From IMG/VR virus record IMGVR_UViG_2061766007_000330: a stretch of 64,000 nucleotides of DNA. One strand, given 5' to 3'. Numbering within the stretch: the stretch's first letter is position 1; each line of letters starts with the position of its first letter. The notes under the pieces were generated by a model. The model did no database searches and had not been told where the DNA came from. It worked only from the letters and a program-made list of their open reading frames with translations. The DNA comes from a virus. Its lineage: Duplodnaviria; Caudoviricetes. Positions 48,024 to 56,815 of the stretch are shown here, in pieces. The translations under genes were made by a program, and so were the position numbers.

Positions 48024-49975
48024 GATACATCCCTCGGATGGTTTTGTGGAACCGTCATTCCAAAGAACGGACCGTAGATTCCAATCGGCTTAAACTGAGT
48101 ATACGTCGACGGTTGCATCAAATACATGCGTTGGTCTTCGAACGCCAGTTCTGTTGTAATCGATCGGTTCGTAATAATCTTTGGTAGTTTACCAAACGTG
48201 ACGTTGTGGATATCTGTAATCACGCTTGGGATGTGATAATCGGTTTCACTTGTGATCATACACGCCCTGAGAATTGTTTCCAGGAAGAATATGTTGATGT
48301 TAGATTTCTGATAGATAAGGTTTGAGAAATCCTCAAGACACCGACTAATGTCGTGATACAACTCAATGTTGTTTTGCAGGAACGCTGTCACACGATTCAC
48401 ATACGCAAACATATCGTCATTCATCAACACAAATCTGAAGAACGGTTTCGTAAAATCAAACTTCTTCAAGTCGATGGTGCAATAAGAATCGTCTTGTATG
48501 AGATCCTTTGCTCTTGCCTTTATGTACCGCATTGCTTCAACCGACAAAAATGGAATCGTTCCATTGGACGACTGCAAATACACAGGAATCACATCACCGT
48601 TTTCTGTCAAAATATCAACATACGTCAGGTGACTGAAAGATTCCTCTAGTGGCAATTGCCGTGTGAACAAGTCAGAAATCTGAGACATGCTGTCTTGCTG
48701 AATTCTGATAGAACACGTCTTTAGAAATCCCCATTTCTCTTGTCTGAACTTCAACACGTCATATACGACGGTTAACCATTCTTCTGCAGACGGATCGAGT
48801 TCGTACGACAGTGTTGTGGTTTTGATCAGATGCTTTGCGGACAACGATTGTTGCTCCACACGTGCAGAGAACATTGATGCTGCGTTACCACCAGGATGCA
48901 TATCTGGTGGCATATACTTCAACAAATGTCCATAAGCAAAACCAGCACATGCTTCACAGAATCCATCCGTATGACGACAGGTTAACTGTGACACCATCTG
49001 GACAGGTTTGTCCGTATAGTCGCTGATGTTTTTTCTGTTCAAGAACACAAGACTCGGATTCTTCGTCGGATCGATAATCGCCTTTCCATAGAAATTCTCT
49101 TCATATTTTGAAGGAATCACAAACGGAATGGTTAGTGTGTTTCCACACGATCCTGGATAGATGTGCTGTAGATGTGAACACGCTAGTGTGATTTTTCGCC
49201 CATTATAAGACGAATCTGGAACCGCATCGTTGTGTGCTGCAGCGGCTTTAACCGCAGATAGATGCTCAATTCCATAATCCTGAGATGTCTTTAATCCAGA
49301 GAACGATGATTCGTTAATGACTCCACGTTTGATGGAGTCATCGATGTCAGACCGAGTACCAAAGCCACAGATCATCTGCACCATCTGGTTTACTTTCAAC
49401 GAATCAACGTTCATATACGGATATAGACAATTGTTTGGTATGTCCTTCCGTCTCAATAGATTGGCGACATCAGCACCGACTTTCTTGTGACGCAACTCAA
49501 CGACACGCGTATCCACGGTATCGTTGAACGTTGTGTTCATCAGCGCTGCCAGTTCTGGATTCTGTGTCAATTTCGACATCGACATCTCATCGATCGCTGG
49601 CATGTAGTGACCAATATACCGTCGAATCCAATGATTGAAATAGTCTACAGTAAAACAGATTTCTCTCAGAATCAAAGGATGTGGAACGTTCGGTAGACAT
49701 CGAATCAGTTTGTTATACACCTTTGTCAACCGAACGTTGTTAATGATTTTGGACTTTGCGACTTTTACATTTTCGAAATCTTCAAACGATGGTTGGATTC
49801 CGAACACGAACATCGCACGCCAGATGATCACATTGAACAACCCCATTCTTACAGGAACCAATACGTTTTCATCCGCCAGGACGATTCGTACGGTTCCCGT
49901 GTCAAGATGGTTCATCATGATTTTATCTGGAAAGTCCAATTGACTATAGTCCTTGTACTCCCATTGTTGAGGCAT
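47978..49975 (-). CDS. rpoC: Non-virion RNA polymerase beta' C-terminal subunit, phiKZ gp74-like
   Basis: Q..QM..G.G, bridge-helix-like DSSYNGRK, Zn site CG...CRHTDGFCEACAG, trigger-loop-like QQSLSAKH; start MPQQW after GGAGA. Confidence 0.88.
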   Translation of the reverse strand: MPQQWEYKDYSQLDFPDKIMMNHLDTGTVRIVLADENVLVPVRMGLFNVIIWRAMFVFGIQPSFEDFENVKVAKSKIINNVRLTKVYNKLIRCLPNVPHPLILREICFTVDYFNHWIRRYIGHYMPAIDEMSMSKLTQNPELAALMNTTFNDTVDTRVVELRHKKVGADVANLLRRKDIPNNCLYPYMNVDSLKVNQMVQMICGFGTRSDIDDSIKRGVINESSFSGLKTSQDYGIEHLSAVKAAAAHNDAVPDSSYNGRKITLACSHLQHIYPGSCGNTLTIPFVIPSKYEENFYGKAIIDPTKNPSLVFLNRKNISDYTDKPVQMVSQLTCRHTDGFCEACAGFAYGHLLKYMPPDMHPGGNAASMFSARVEQQSLSAKHLIKTTTLSYELDPSAEEWLTVVYDVLKFRQEKWGFLKTCSIRIQQDSMSQISDLFTRQLPLEESFSHLTYVDILTENGDVIPVYLQSSNGTIPFLSVEAMRYIKARAKDLIQDDSYCTIDLKKFDFTKPFFRFVLMNDDMFAYVNRVTAFLQNNIELYHDISRCLEDFSNLIYQKSNINIFFLETILRACMITSETDYHIPSVITDIHNVTFGKLPKIITNRSITTELAFEDQRMYLMQPSTYTQFKPIGIYGPFFGMTVPQNHPRDVSWTRSLFTEAVQPLV

Positions 49976-52019
49976 TGATGATTTCTCCATCCAATTTAAT
50001 TCCACATACCGCCAGCTGATGAACAAACATATCCATCGCCACGGACGATTTGATAATATCCGCAGTTGTCATATTGATCTGCGGAATTGCGGTCGGATGC
50101 TCTGCTGCCAACAACGCATCCTGCAATGCTTCGATTGCTGGTTGTGAGTTGGCATAGAGACCCATGAGACGACACGTGACTTCTGGACCGACCGACATAC
50201 ACAGAATGGCGATTTCATTTTCACCATACCGAACAGGTGTTTGTCCAAACGGGCACTGTGCCTTGAGCTTTTTCGACTTTGGTTTGACTGGCAGATTGAA
50301 CTGAGACTTATAACCCCACTCCACCGACATCATCTGATCTTTTGGAATCTTTCCAAGAAGATAGATGTATTTACTACCAATCAACGCTGGATACGACGTA
50401 CGGAACACGGAACCGGTATTCGGATCATGATAAGTTACAGGCGACGCTTCAAGATTATATTTCTTGATCAGCGCTGCACACTTTTCCTGACGAAGTTCTT
50501 TGCAATACGGAGGAATCGAGAAATAGATTTTTCCTGTGTTCAGAACTTCTTTGACCAACAGCTCTTGTTCTTTTGGTGTTTGTGTTCCTTCAGCTACAAC
50601 CGTCGCCCAATTTTCACGAACAGATTTCAGATAATCCATGAGATAGGCATACAGTGTTTCTGTTGTCGCACCTTGTGAATCCATCTGACGCATTCGTTCA
50701 ACAACGACGGTTGACATGAAGTTGATAAACTGTTCAATCCACTGACCAACATTCAGTCGGTTAAACGGTGATTCTGCGGAGATAATTAAATCGGCATGAT
50801 TGCCATAGTCGTCCACAGGCATATCTTCCAATGGTAACACCGTCGATACAACGCCTTTGGCTCCATGTCTGTCGGACAACTTGTAACCAACATCGATGGA
50901 CTGCTTGACACCATATGTAATGACCAGTTTGATGAAGTCTACGGATTCTTTCTTGTCCATCAACTTCACTCTCGATCCTTCATCTCTTGGATTCAGAATC
51001 TTTGCACGAACCACTTCATTGCTAAATGCAGGCGTGCACTTATAGTCATACGTCGCACGATAAGTTTCATACAGTCTGGAGATCTCAGAATAATACTGAT
51101 ATCTTTGATCCTGATAGAACCTCAATTGGTCGTAAATCTTTCGTCCTTGAATATTCCGAATCGCGTCCGACGAAATAAAGATTTCAACGTCCAAAATTTC
51201 AGCACCGGCTGGAACAACATACACACTGTCACACAGCGGCATAGTCTCCCTTAGTGCCATTGGAGTGAAATCTGTCAACAAAGATTGCTCTGTTTTGTCA
51301 CGCAAACCAATCAACTTTCCATCTTCACGCACAAATGATCCGATATCCGGAAAAATCTTGTAGACGTCATCATCACCATACAAGTTTAACGGAATAGAAT
51401 CCGCAGACATCGTGATAGACACTGAATTGATTTCCGTGTGTGTCAGTTTGTCACGCAATCGATCTGAGATAACAAACGCATCTTCGACCGTGCCATAATG
51501 CGGAATATACACCACATTGGCATTGACACCGTTCGCATAGCCCATCTGCGTGTGGTTTGGTGATGTCCTGAACTTTGTGTCTCTTGATAAGAACGCACCT
51601 TCTCTTGGGACAAATTCATCTGCCACTTTGTTAATGAATCCAAATCCTCCGTTGAGCTGTGTGTATTCCTTGATTTCAAAACAATCCAATTGTTCTTTGG
51701 AATCCACATAGACAACCGTGTAGCTTGGATTTCGTTGGATAGAATACGCTCCAGAAGTTAGGGTGTACTTTGGAATCACCTTTAGAACCTGACCATCCAG
51801 ATCCCGTTCTTCGGTCGTGAACTCATATTGTCCCACCATGTTCTCCCAGCCCGTTTCAATCAACGGAACCTCTGCTCCATCTACAACCACTGATTGTGCC
51901 GCATGCTGATAATGCATGTTCAGTCGTTGCGAGGAGTCATGCTCGGAAAACGGCGACAACAATACAGAACCGCCAAGAATATTTGGACGGACGGACATGT
52001 CGCTTAAATAATTGTCCAT
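49944..52019 (-). CDS. rpoB: Non-virion RNA polymerase beta C-terminal subunit, phiKZ gp71-73-like (uninterrupted)
   Basis: PF.EHDSSQRLNM, G.NANV, EDAFVIS, GYKLSDRHGAKGVVS, RLNVGQ, RYGENE motifs; AAGGAG RBS. Confidence 0.92.
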   Translation of the reverse strand: MDNYLSDMSVRPNILGGSVLLSPFSEHDSSQRLNMHYQHAAQSVVVDGAEVPLIETGWENMVGQYEFTTEERDLDGQVLKVIPKYTLTSGAYSIQRNPSYTVVYVDSKEQLDCFEIKEYTQLNGGFGFINKVADEFVPREGAFLSRDTKFRTSPNHTQMGYANGVNANVVYIPHYGTVEDAFVISDRLRDKLTHTEINSVSITMSADSIPLNLYGDDDVYKIFPDIGSFVREDGKLIGLRDKTEQSLLTDFTPMALRETMPLCDSVYVVPAGAEILDVEIFISSDAIRNIQGRKIYDQLRFYQDQRYQYYSEISRLYETYRATYDYKCTPAFSNEVVRAKILNPRDEGSRVKLMDKKESVDFIKLVITYGVKQSIDVGYKLSDRHGAKGVVSTVLPLEDMPVDDYGNHADLIISAESPFNRLNVGQWIEQFINFMSTVVVERMRQMDSQGATTETLYAYLMDYLKSVRENWATVVAEGTQTPKEQELLVKEVLNTGKIYFSIPPYCKELRQEKCAALIKKYNLEASPVTYHDPNTGSVFRTSYPALIGSKYIYLLGKIPKDQMMSVEWGYKSQFNLPVKPKSKKLKAQCPFGQTPVRYGENEIAILCMSVGPEVTCRLMGLYANSQPAIEALQDALLAAEHPTAIPQINMTTADIIKSSVAMDMFVHQLAVCGIKLDGEIINASTMGVQGL

Positions 52020-52070
52020 TGCTTTCTCCTTTTTGTTAAGGTAATGTGTACAAATCAATCTCCTCAGGAA

Positions 52071-52078
52071 GAAATATA
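52071..52078 (-). promoter_or_regulatory. Putative early promoter TATATTTC
   Basis: One mismatch to TATATTAC, about 50 nt above the nvRNAP beta gene. Confidence 0.6.
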
Positions 52079-52140
52079 TACACAAACCAATTATCATATA
52101 AAGTAATCCAGATTATATAAAAAAACGGAGCGTTGGATAT

Positions 52141-52494
52141 ATGGGGCTTATTAATCTCTACAATAGTTTACAGCAAAGTAACTTTGACACGCTGGATCCC
52201 GAATGGGTTCAGTTTGTTAGAGACCATTACTTTTATCTTAGAAAAAACAGTACAGAATTCACGATAACCCCTGGCGACAATCAGCGATTTGCTTATCGCC
52301 TTCGTTCGTTTGTTAGTGAACAAGGCGGACAGATTGACATGGATTGGATTATTTGTTTAATCAATCAACTACCGTCAACTATGGAATTCATTAATCGAAC
52401 TGCAATTAAGATTCCTAGTTATAATTCAATACAACGTTTACGTCAGCTGTATGTGAATGTTCAAGCAAAAAAAGAAACATTGGACAAAAAATAA
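52141..52494 (+). CDS. Small LysM-like / T4 gp53-like putative baseplate protein
   Basis: YRL..F...WII..IN......F.....IKIP pattern; GGAG RBS. Confidence 0.5.
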   Translation: MGLINLYNSLQQSNFDTLDPEWVQFVRDHYFYLRKNSTEFTITPGDNQRFAYRLRSFVSEQGGQIDMDWIICLINQLPSTMEFINRTAIKIPSYNSIQRLRQLYVNVQAKKETLDKK

Positions 52495-52505
52495 AGATTG
52501 GTTGC

Positions 52506-52536
52506 GACAGTACTACGCAGCCAGCGTAGTACTGTC
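52506..52536. terminator. Perfect hairpin between convergent genes
   Basis: GACAGTACTACGC-agcca-GCGTAGTACTGTC. Confidence 0.8.
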
Positions 52537-52585
52537 TAGGTTTATGTTGCTTGGTTAATACGTTTACAGGACTCACATCTGTATA

Positions 52586-53194
52586 TTACAGAATGTGAGT
52601 AAACCCACGACGGGTCACCTCTTCTGGCGACATGATGTCACCCGCCTTAAGTCCGTTCGTGTTGGGCAGTGCATCGGGGAGTCCTGGGTATATCGATGCC
52701 AGACAGTATCCGTCTTCGCCGAGATCCGGCGTGAAGACAGCCGTCCATACATGCGTCTCCGTTTCGATCAGAGAGTGAGGTCCCTGAATGTTCAGGTCCC
52801 CGTGCTTACCGACAACGACTTTGCAATCGCCGGTCGGACTGGAAGTGACGTTCAGTCCATAATCGCCAGTGGCGATATGGTGGAAGATCACGCCGACCGC
52901 ATTGTCATCGAGCTCTCGGGTTTCGACGATCCGAGACGATGACAAAAAGTTGTTCACGACGTCGATTTCACGATCACGCCCGTCAAGGAAAGTCCAATAG
53001 GACTTGCCTGTCCCGCGTGCATCCGATCTATGACCACCAAAGATGTCATACGTCTTGGCCCAATCATATTTTTCCTCCAATTTGGGGAGGAGATCGTCCT
53101 TGAGGTTTGTATAACCCTCCTGGAAACGATCTTTTATTTGACCTTTGGTGGCGGTGATGAGGTCGAGAAGAATAGATTTCGAAAGCTTTTTCAT
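52586..53194 (-). CDS. Early hypothetical protein (GC-richer than its neighbours)
   Basis: 202 aa, AAGGA RBS; HR...GKS.W and ASIYPG motifs. Confidence 0.7.
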   Translation of the reverse strand: MKKLSKSILLDLITATKGQIKDRFQEGYTNLKDDLLPKLEEKYDWAKTYDIFGGHRSDARGTGKSYWTFLDGRDREIDVVNNFLSSSRIVETRELDDNAVGVIFHHIATGDYGLNVTSSPTGDCKVVVGKHGDLNIQGPHSLIETETHVWTAVFTPDLGEDGYCLASIYPGLPDALPNTNGLKAGDIMSPEEVTRRGFTHIL

Positions 53195-53206
53195 ATCTTT
53201 TCCTTT

Positions 53207-53324
53207 TGCTAAGCAGATTAAAACGAGTCAGTAAGTCGTTCGGATAGTATCACAGGCGCCAACGAAAAACAGTTCGTCAGCTGAACTAAGAACCTGTGAA
53301 GATGCCTATCCAACCTACCTAGCA
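53207..53324 (-). ncRNA. Candidate structured 5' leader RNA
   Basis: Five nested helices whose non-Watson-Crick pairs are G.U only on the minus strand; lies between the promoter at 53330-53337 and the RBS. Confidence 0.5.
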
Positions 53325-53329
53325 TAAAA

Positions 53330-53337
53330 GGAATATA
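53330..53337 (-). promoter_or_regulatory. Putative early promoter TATATTCC
   Basis: Preceded by a T-run and hairpin (53365-53399). Confidence 0.6.
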
Positions 53338-53404
53338 TTAACAAAAAAAAATGAATGTCATTCACCCGTAGTCTAGCTTGCCAGGCTAGGACTACGGGGA
53401 CTGG

Positions 53405-53773
53405 TTACCGAGGCCAAATATCCCACGGCGCGTGGTAACCATAGCAATCACGATCATTGCGATCCCAGATCCGGATATGCCGAATCCGGATAAAGGACTG
53501 TGAATTGAGAGTACGCTTGAATGACTCGAACTCGCGAGGAAGTTCGAAGTTTAGATTGGATTCCGGACTTCCGCAATCTGGATCCGTTGAATCATTTGGG
53601 TCGTACCAGTCATTAACGACGTCAACGCCGACTAAGGCATGACGATGACTGCAATTGATGTCTCGAATGATCCACCCCCAGGCTGGGACAGACACCGAAT
53701 AACGGTGCTTGGAATATTCGTACTCAATTGACTTCGAATATTGCTTTTTTAGTTTTTCGATAAGATTTGTCAT
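53405..53773 (-). CDS. Early hypothetical protein
   Basis: 122 aa; AAGGAAAAGA RBS identical to that of 52586..53194. Confidence 0.65.
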   Translation of the reverse strand: MTNLIEKLKKQYSKSIEYEYSKHRYSVSVPAWGWIIRDINCSHRHALVGVDVVNDWYDPNDSTDPDCGSPESNLNFELPREFESFKRTLNSQSFIRIRHIRIWDRNDRDCYGYHAPWDIWPR

Positions 53774-53825
53774 GATTCTTTTCCTTTTTGTTAGGGTTGA
53801 ACGACTAATACTTAAACACTATATT

Positions 53826-53905
53826 GAAATATATTGAAAAAAAAAGAACCATCGACAGAGTTTGACACTCTGTCGATGGTTTGCTATTATCACGATTGTA
53901 ATATA
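53826..53905 (-). promoter_or_regulatory. TATATTAC (53898-53905), terminator hairpin (53846-53881) with T-run, then TATATTTC (53826-53833)
   Basis: AACCATCGACAGAG...CTCTGTCGATGGTT stem flanked by two promoter-like octamers. Confidence 0.65.
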
Positions 53906-53915
53906 CTACAGTAAA

Positions 53916-54329
53916 TTAATCCAATTTCAAGCCTAGTTGTAGCAGTGCTTCGATCATCGGGACAGGAAGAATACCACCACCGTCCGTGTAATCCGTCTGT
54001 AGCCCGACATATTGGTAGGTCATGCTTTTCTTGAATTTCTCTGTTTTTTCAGCAGGGTCTTTTGGCATACCGGTTTCCGGATCCGGTTCGTGGTGATACG
54101 GATTTTCAATATACTCGCCATTATCGTGAGTCAGCACCAGTGCGGGAACACGATTCGGGTTAATGCATTGAGTCTTGCAGAAATCCACAACGCCTTCTTC
54201 CGTCAGAATGTCATGAAACTCAAACTTGATGTTCTTGTACTCTTCCTTCTCCAGTAATGCGTGCAACCTGCGTTTCAACATATCACATTTTGCACAACCG
54301 TGAGATTTACCGAAAACATGTGCGATCAT
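53916..54329 (-). CDS. Thioredoxin/glutaredoxin-fold protein
   Basis: VFGK..GCAKC (CxxC) and RVPAL cis-Pro region; AAGGAG RBS. Confidence 0.75.
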   Translation of the reverse strand: MIAHVFGKSHGCAKCDMLKRRLHALLEKEEYKNIKFEFHDILTEEGVVDFCKTQCINPNRVPALVLTHDNGEYIENPYHHEPDPETGMPKDPAEKTEKFKKSMTYQYVGLQTDYTDGGGILPVPMIEALLQLGLKLD

Positions 54330-54362
54330 TTTTATCTCCTTTAATTTATTTCATCGACACAT

Positions 54363-54800
54363 TTAGAGCATGACGCTGATAGCACGCCGAAACAGAGGCT
54401 GGGTCCAGAAGGTCTTGTGGTATTTCTGGATATTCGCCAAGACGCTTTTCGGTACCGTGTAATAAATAGCCATGCTTTCAATGGTTCGATCGATGTAATA
54501 GGACATGACTTTCGGGCTGTACTTAATGGTCACATCCACACAAAAGTCTTGTAATCGTCGTGCCATTCCCTGCTCCTGACTGGTGTTGTCCAAGAGAGCG
54601 CATAGTCGCCGATACCCGACGTTTGTCACGATAACTGGAATGCTGAATGTCGCCAAATTGTAGTAAGCGGAATCCTCGGTCTTGAACTTGGCTGCTCGAC
54701 TACATTGAATTTCGTTAAGAAGCCACTGTTGAAAATCCCTGTCTAGCATGTTGGATAAGTCCGCAAACGATTGAGATGATAATGTATTAAGCCACCACAT
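54363..54800 (-). CDS. Hypothetical protein
   Basis: Likely start MWWLN after AAGGGGG. Confidence 0.6.
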   Translation of the reverse strand: MWWLNTLSSQSFADLSNMLDRDFQQWLLNEIQCSRAAKFKTEDSAYYNLATFSIPVIVTNVGYRRLCALLDNTSQEQGMARRLQDFCVDVTIKYSPKVMSYYIDRTIESMAIYYTVPKSVLANIQKYHKTFWTQPLFRRAISVML

Positions 54801-54810
54801 AAAACCCCCT

Positions 54811-56079
54811 TTAACCGAGTAAAACAAATGGAGGAACGTTTCCATGTACAATAACAGGTGATCCTGTAGAAATCATCGAGGTGTTCAACCCTGTCAAATT
54901 TACCACACCTGTCATCGTTACGACATACGACAATCCGGAAATAAGAGCTCCTTTTCCAAACACTTCTTTGTACAACCCATTCCACGTCTGTATCGCTTGT
55001 CCGTTACAAACGTTTTCGTACTGATTCTGTGTAATGCAAGAATAAACAGCTTGTGACAAACGCAATGAACCAAACGAATCAAACGCATGGTCGCCCTTTT
55101 CGACTTTGGAGAAGAAATGCCATTGATTAATAAAATCCGTTGACTGCGCACTAACAACAAACGATCCTGGTGTCCCAGACGCTTTGGATATTGTGTCGTC
55201 TTCAACTTTGGTAAGGCATGAACCGTAGATGTGACGTTCATCTTTGATTTCAATATGTTCGGATCGTCCGCCTTTGTAAGACGCTGTGACAGAGCCTTCG
55301 ACTTTCCATGTCAAATCTCCAGGAACATTAATGCGCATATTCGGACCATCCATGTCGATGGACGTTCCTTGCGCATTGGTCATTACAATGCGTCCGATGT
55401 TTTTCTTATCGAAATTTCTATCGGCATACATCTCAAAGATGTTTCTGTCGTTAGAATCGTTCGCGTTCTCTGTCCATAGTTTAATGGATTTTGCAGATTC
55501 AGCCGCATCGATGTGCATGAAAAACCGGTGAGTTTCTCCATCAGTAGCCGCCGTCTGAATTCGAATATGCTTATGACGCAATGTATCTATTTCAATGAAA
55601 TAGGTATTGTCGTCGGTTAAGCCTTCATTGCGTTTCTGAACATCATCCGGCGGGTCTTCTTTACCCTTATGAACTATTGCAATATCCGGACACCTGAAAC
55701 GTATATCTGAAAACGCCTTGTAACTATCTTCGGCGTCAAAAGGAACAAAGTAGTATTTGTCACTGTTAGCCAGATTAAACACAAGAACACGCTGACCCTT
55801 GACAAAATAGGGTGTGGAACGGTCATACATAAAACCAAGATAGTAGGCTTCAATGGTTTTTGTTACTTTGACCGTAACGTTTTCTGTTGTTTTTAACGCT
55901 ACGTTTTGTATCTCGTATTTGTTATTTGTGTATTCTGGAGTGACATCGCCATCTTGCGATGGAATGAGATCAGGACAAAATATCCTGAATTTTCTCTGTT
56001 CTTTTTCTTTGGTGGTTTCTGTAATAAACCCAAGGAATAGTTTCCAGAGAGAGCCCTTAAAGTATTCTTTTGTGTTCAT
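54811..56079 (-). CDS. Baseplate central spike protein (OB fold plus beta-helix), phiKZ gp164 / T4 gp5-like
   Basis: TIEAYYLG...TPYFVKGQRVLV...DKYYF OB-fold motif; DNTYFIEIDT..KHI...T...DGE; beta-repeat C-terminus. Confidence 0.7.
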   Translation of the reverse strand: MNTKEYFKGSLWKLFLGFITETTKEKEQRKFRIFCPDLIPSQDGDVTPEYTNNKYEIQNVALKTTENVTVKVTKTIEAYYLGFMYDRSTPYFVKGQRVLVFNLANSDKYYFVPFDAEDSYKAFSDIRFRCPDIAIVHKGKEDPPDDVQKRNEGLTDDNTYFIEIDTLRHKHIRIQTAATDGETHRFFMHIDAAESAKSIKLWTENANDSNDRNIFEMYADRNFDKKNIGRIVMTNAQGTSIDMDGPNMRINVPGDLTWKVEGSVTASYKGGRSEHIEIKDERHIYGSCLTKVEDDTISKASGTPGSFVVSAQSTDFINQWHFFSKVEKGDHAFDSFGSLRLSQAVYSCITQNQYENVCNGQAIQTWNGLYKEVFGKGALISGLSYVVTMTGVVNLTGLNTSMISTGSPVIVHGNVPPFVLLG

Positions 56080-56170
56080 AAAAAAGAAAAAAAGAGACGA
56101 GTAGTAGTAAAGGAAACATGGGGCAAAGCACAAAACCCATAAGGACTACTACTCATCTCAAAATCAATGA

Positions 56171-56554
56171 TTATTTCTTCTCAGGATAGATCGAATGTTC
56201 TTTTTCCTGGAGCTTCGTCTCCTTGAAAGACCAACCGACATCGTTGATCTTCACAGGAACCGTAAGATTTCCGAGCTCTTTGCCGTCAGAATCAACATAA
56301 TGATTCCGCCTCAGCCATTCGGCAGGAATCATAAAATTGATCAGTTGGTTTGGAGCTTCTCCAGTCTTGAACCAGCCGATGTCACAAATAACACCCGTGT
56401 CACCATCAATCTTGCTACCGGTAACCAGTTTGCTGAACTCTTTGCCAAGCTCTTCTCGACGGGTGTCGGACTGCGCCTGATACATGCCAACAAGCGTATG
56501 TGCCAATTTTTCTTTGGCAGGCATGTCGTCAAAATGTGGAATTTTAGCTGCCAT
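56171..56554 (-). CDS. Hypothetical protein
   Basis: 127 aa, AGGGG RBS, coding-like codon usage. Confidence 0.6.
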   Translation of the reverse strand: MAAKIPHFDDMPAKEKLAHTLVGMYQAQSDTRREELGKEFSKLVTGSKIDGDTGVICDIGWFKTGEAPNQLINFMIPAEWLRRNHYVDSDGKELGNLTVPVKINDVGWSFKETKLQEKEHSIYPEKK

Positions 56555-56556
56555 GT

Positions 56557-56799
56557 TTACCCCTGTGTGTTATAAAATTTATTAAGATCAACGATCGTCC
56601 AGCCCTGTTCGCGATATTTCTTGACACAGTCTAGACAGCACAACTGAGTATCAAAACCGCCATCTGGACGAACATGCTTCATCGGAATCATCATTGGAGC
56701 ACATTCTTTACACAGATAGTTGTCACAGAGTCCACACTTCTTGGACTCCTCCTTTGGAAACTGCTGTTTACAGTTTCGACACGTTATCATTTCGCTCAT
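56557..56799 (-). CDS. Small double zinc-finger protein
   Basis: Four CxxC pairs (CRNC, CGLC, CKEC, CLDC); AGGGAG RBS. Confidence 0.7.
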   Translation of the reverse strand: MSEMITCRNCKQQFPKEESKKCGLCDNYLCKECAPMMIPMKHVRPDGGFDTQLCCLDCVKKYREQGWTIVDLNKFYNTQG

Positions 56800-56815
56800 C
56801 GATTTATCTCCCTTA

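Noticed and set aside
52582-52589. Plus-strand TATATTAC overlapping a stop codon
   Set aside because: Points antisense into a gene with no downstream sense ORF; may be chance in AT-rich DNA.
52586-53194. Possible toxin-type RNase (H...GKS...YPG)
   Set aside because: Motif resemblance too weak to call without a profile search.
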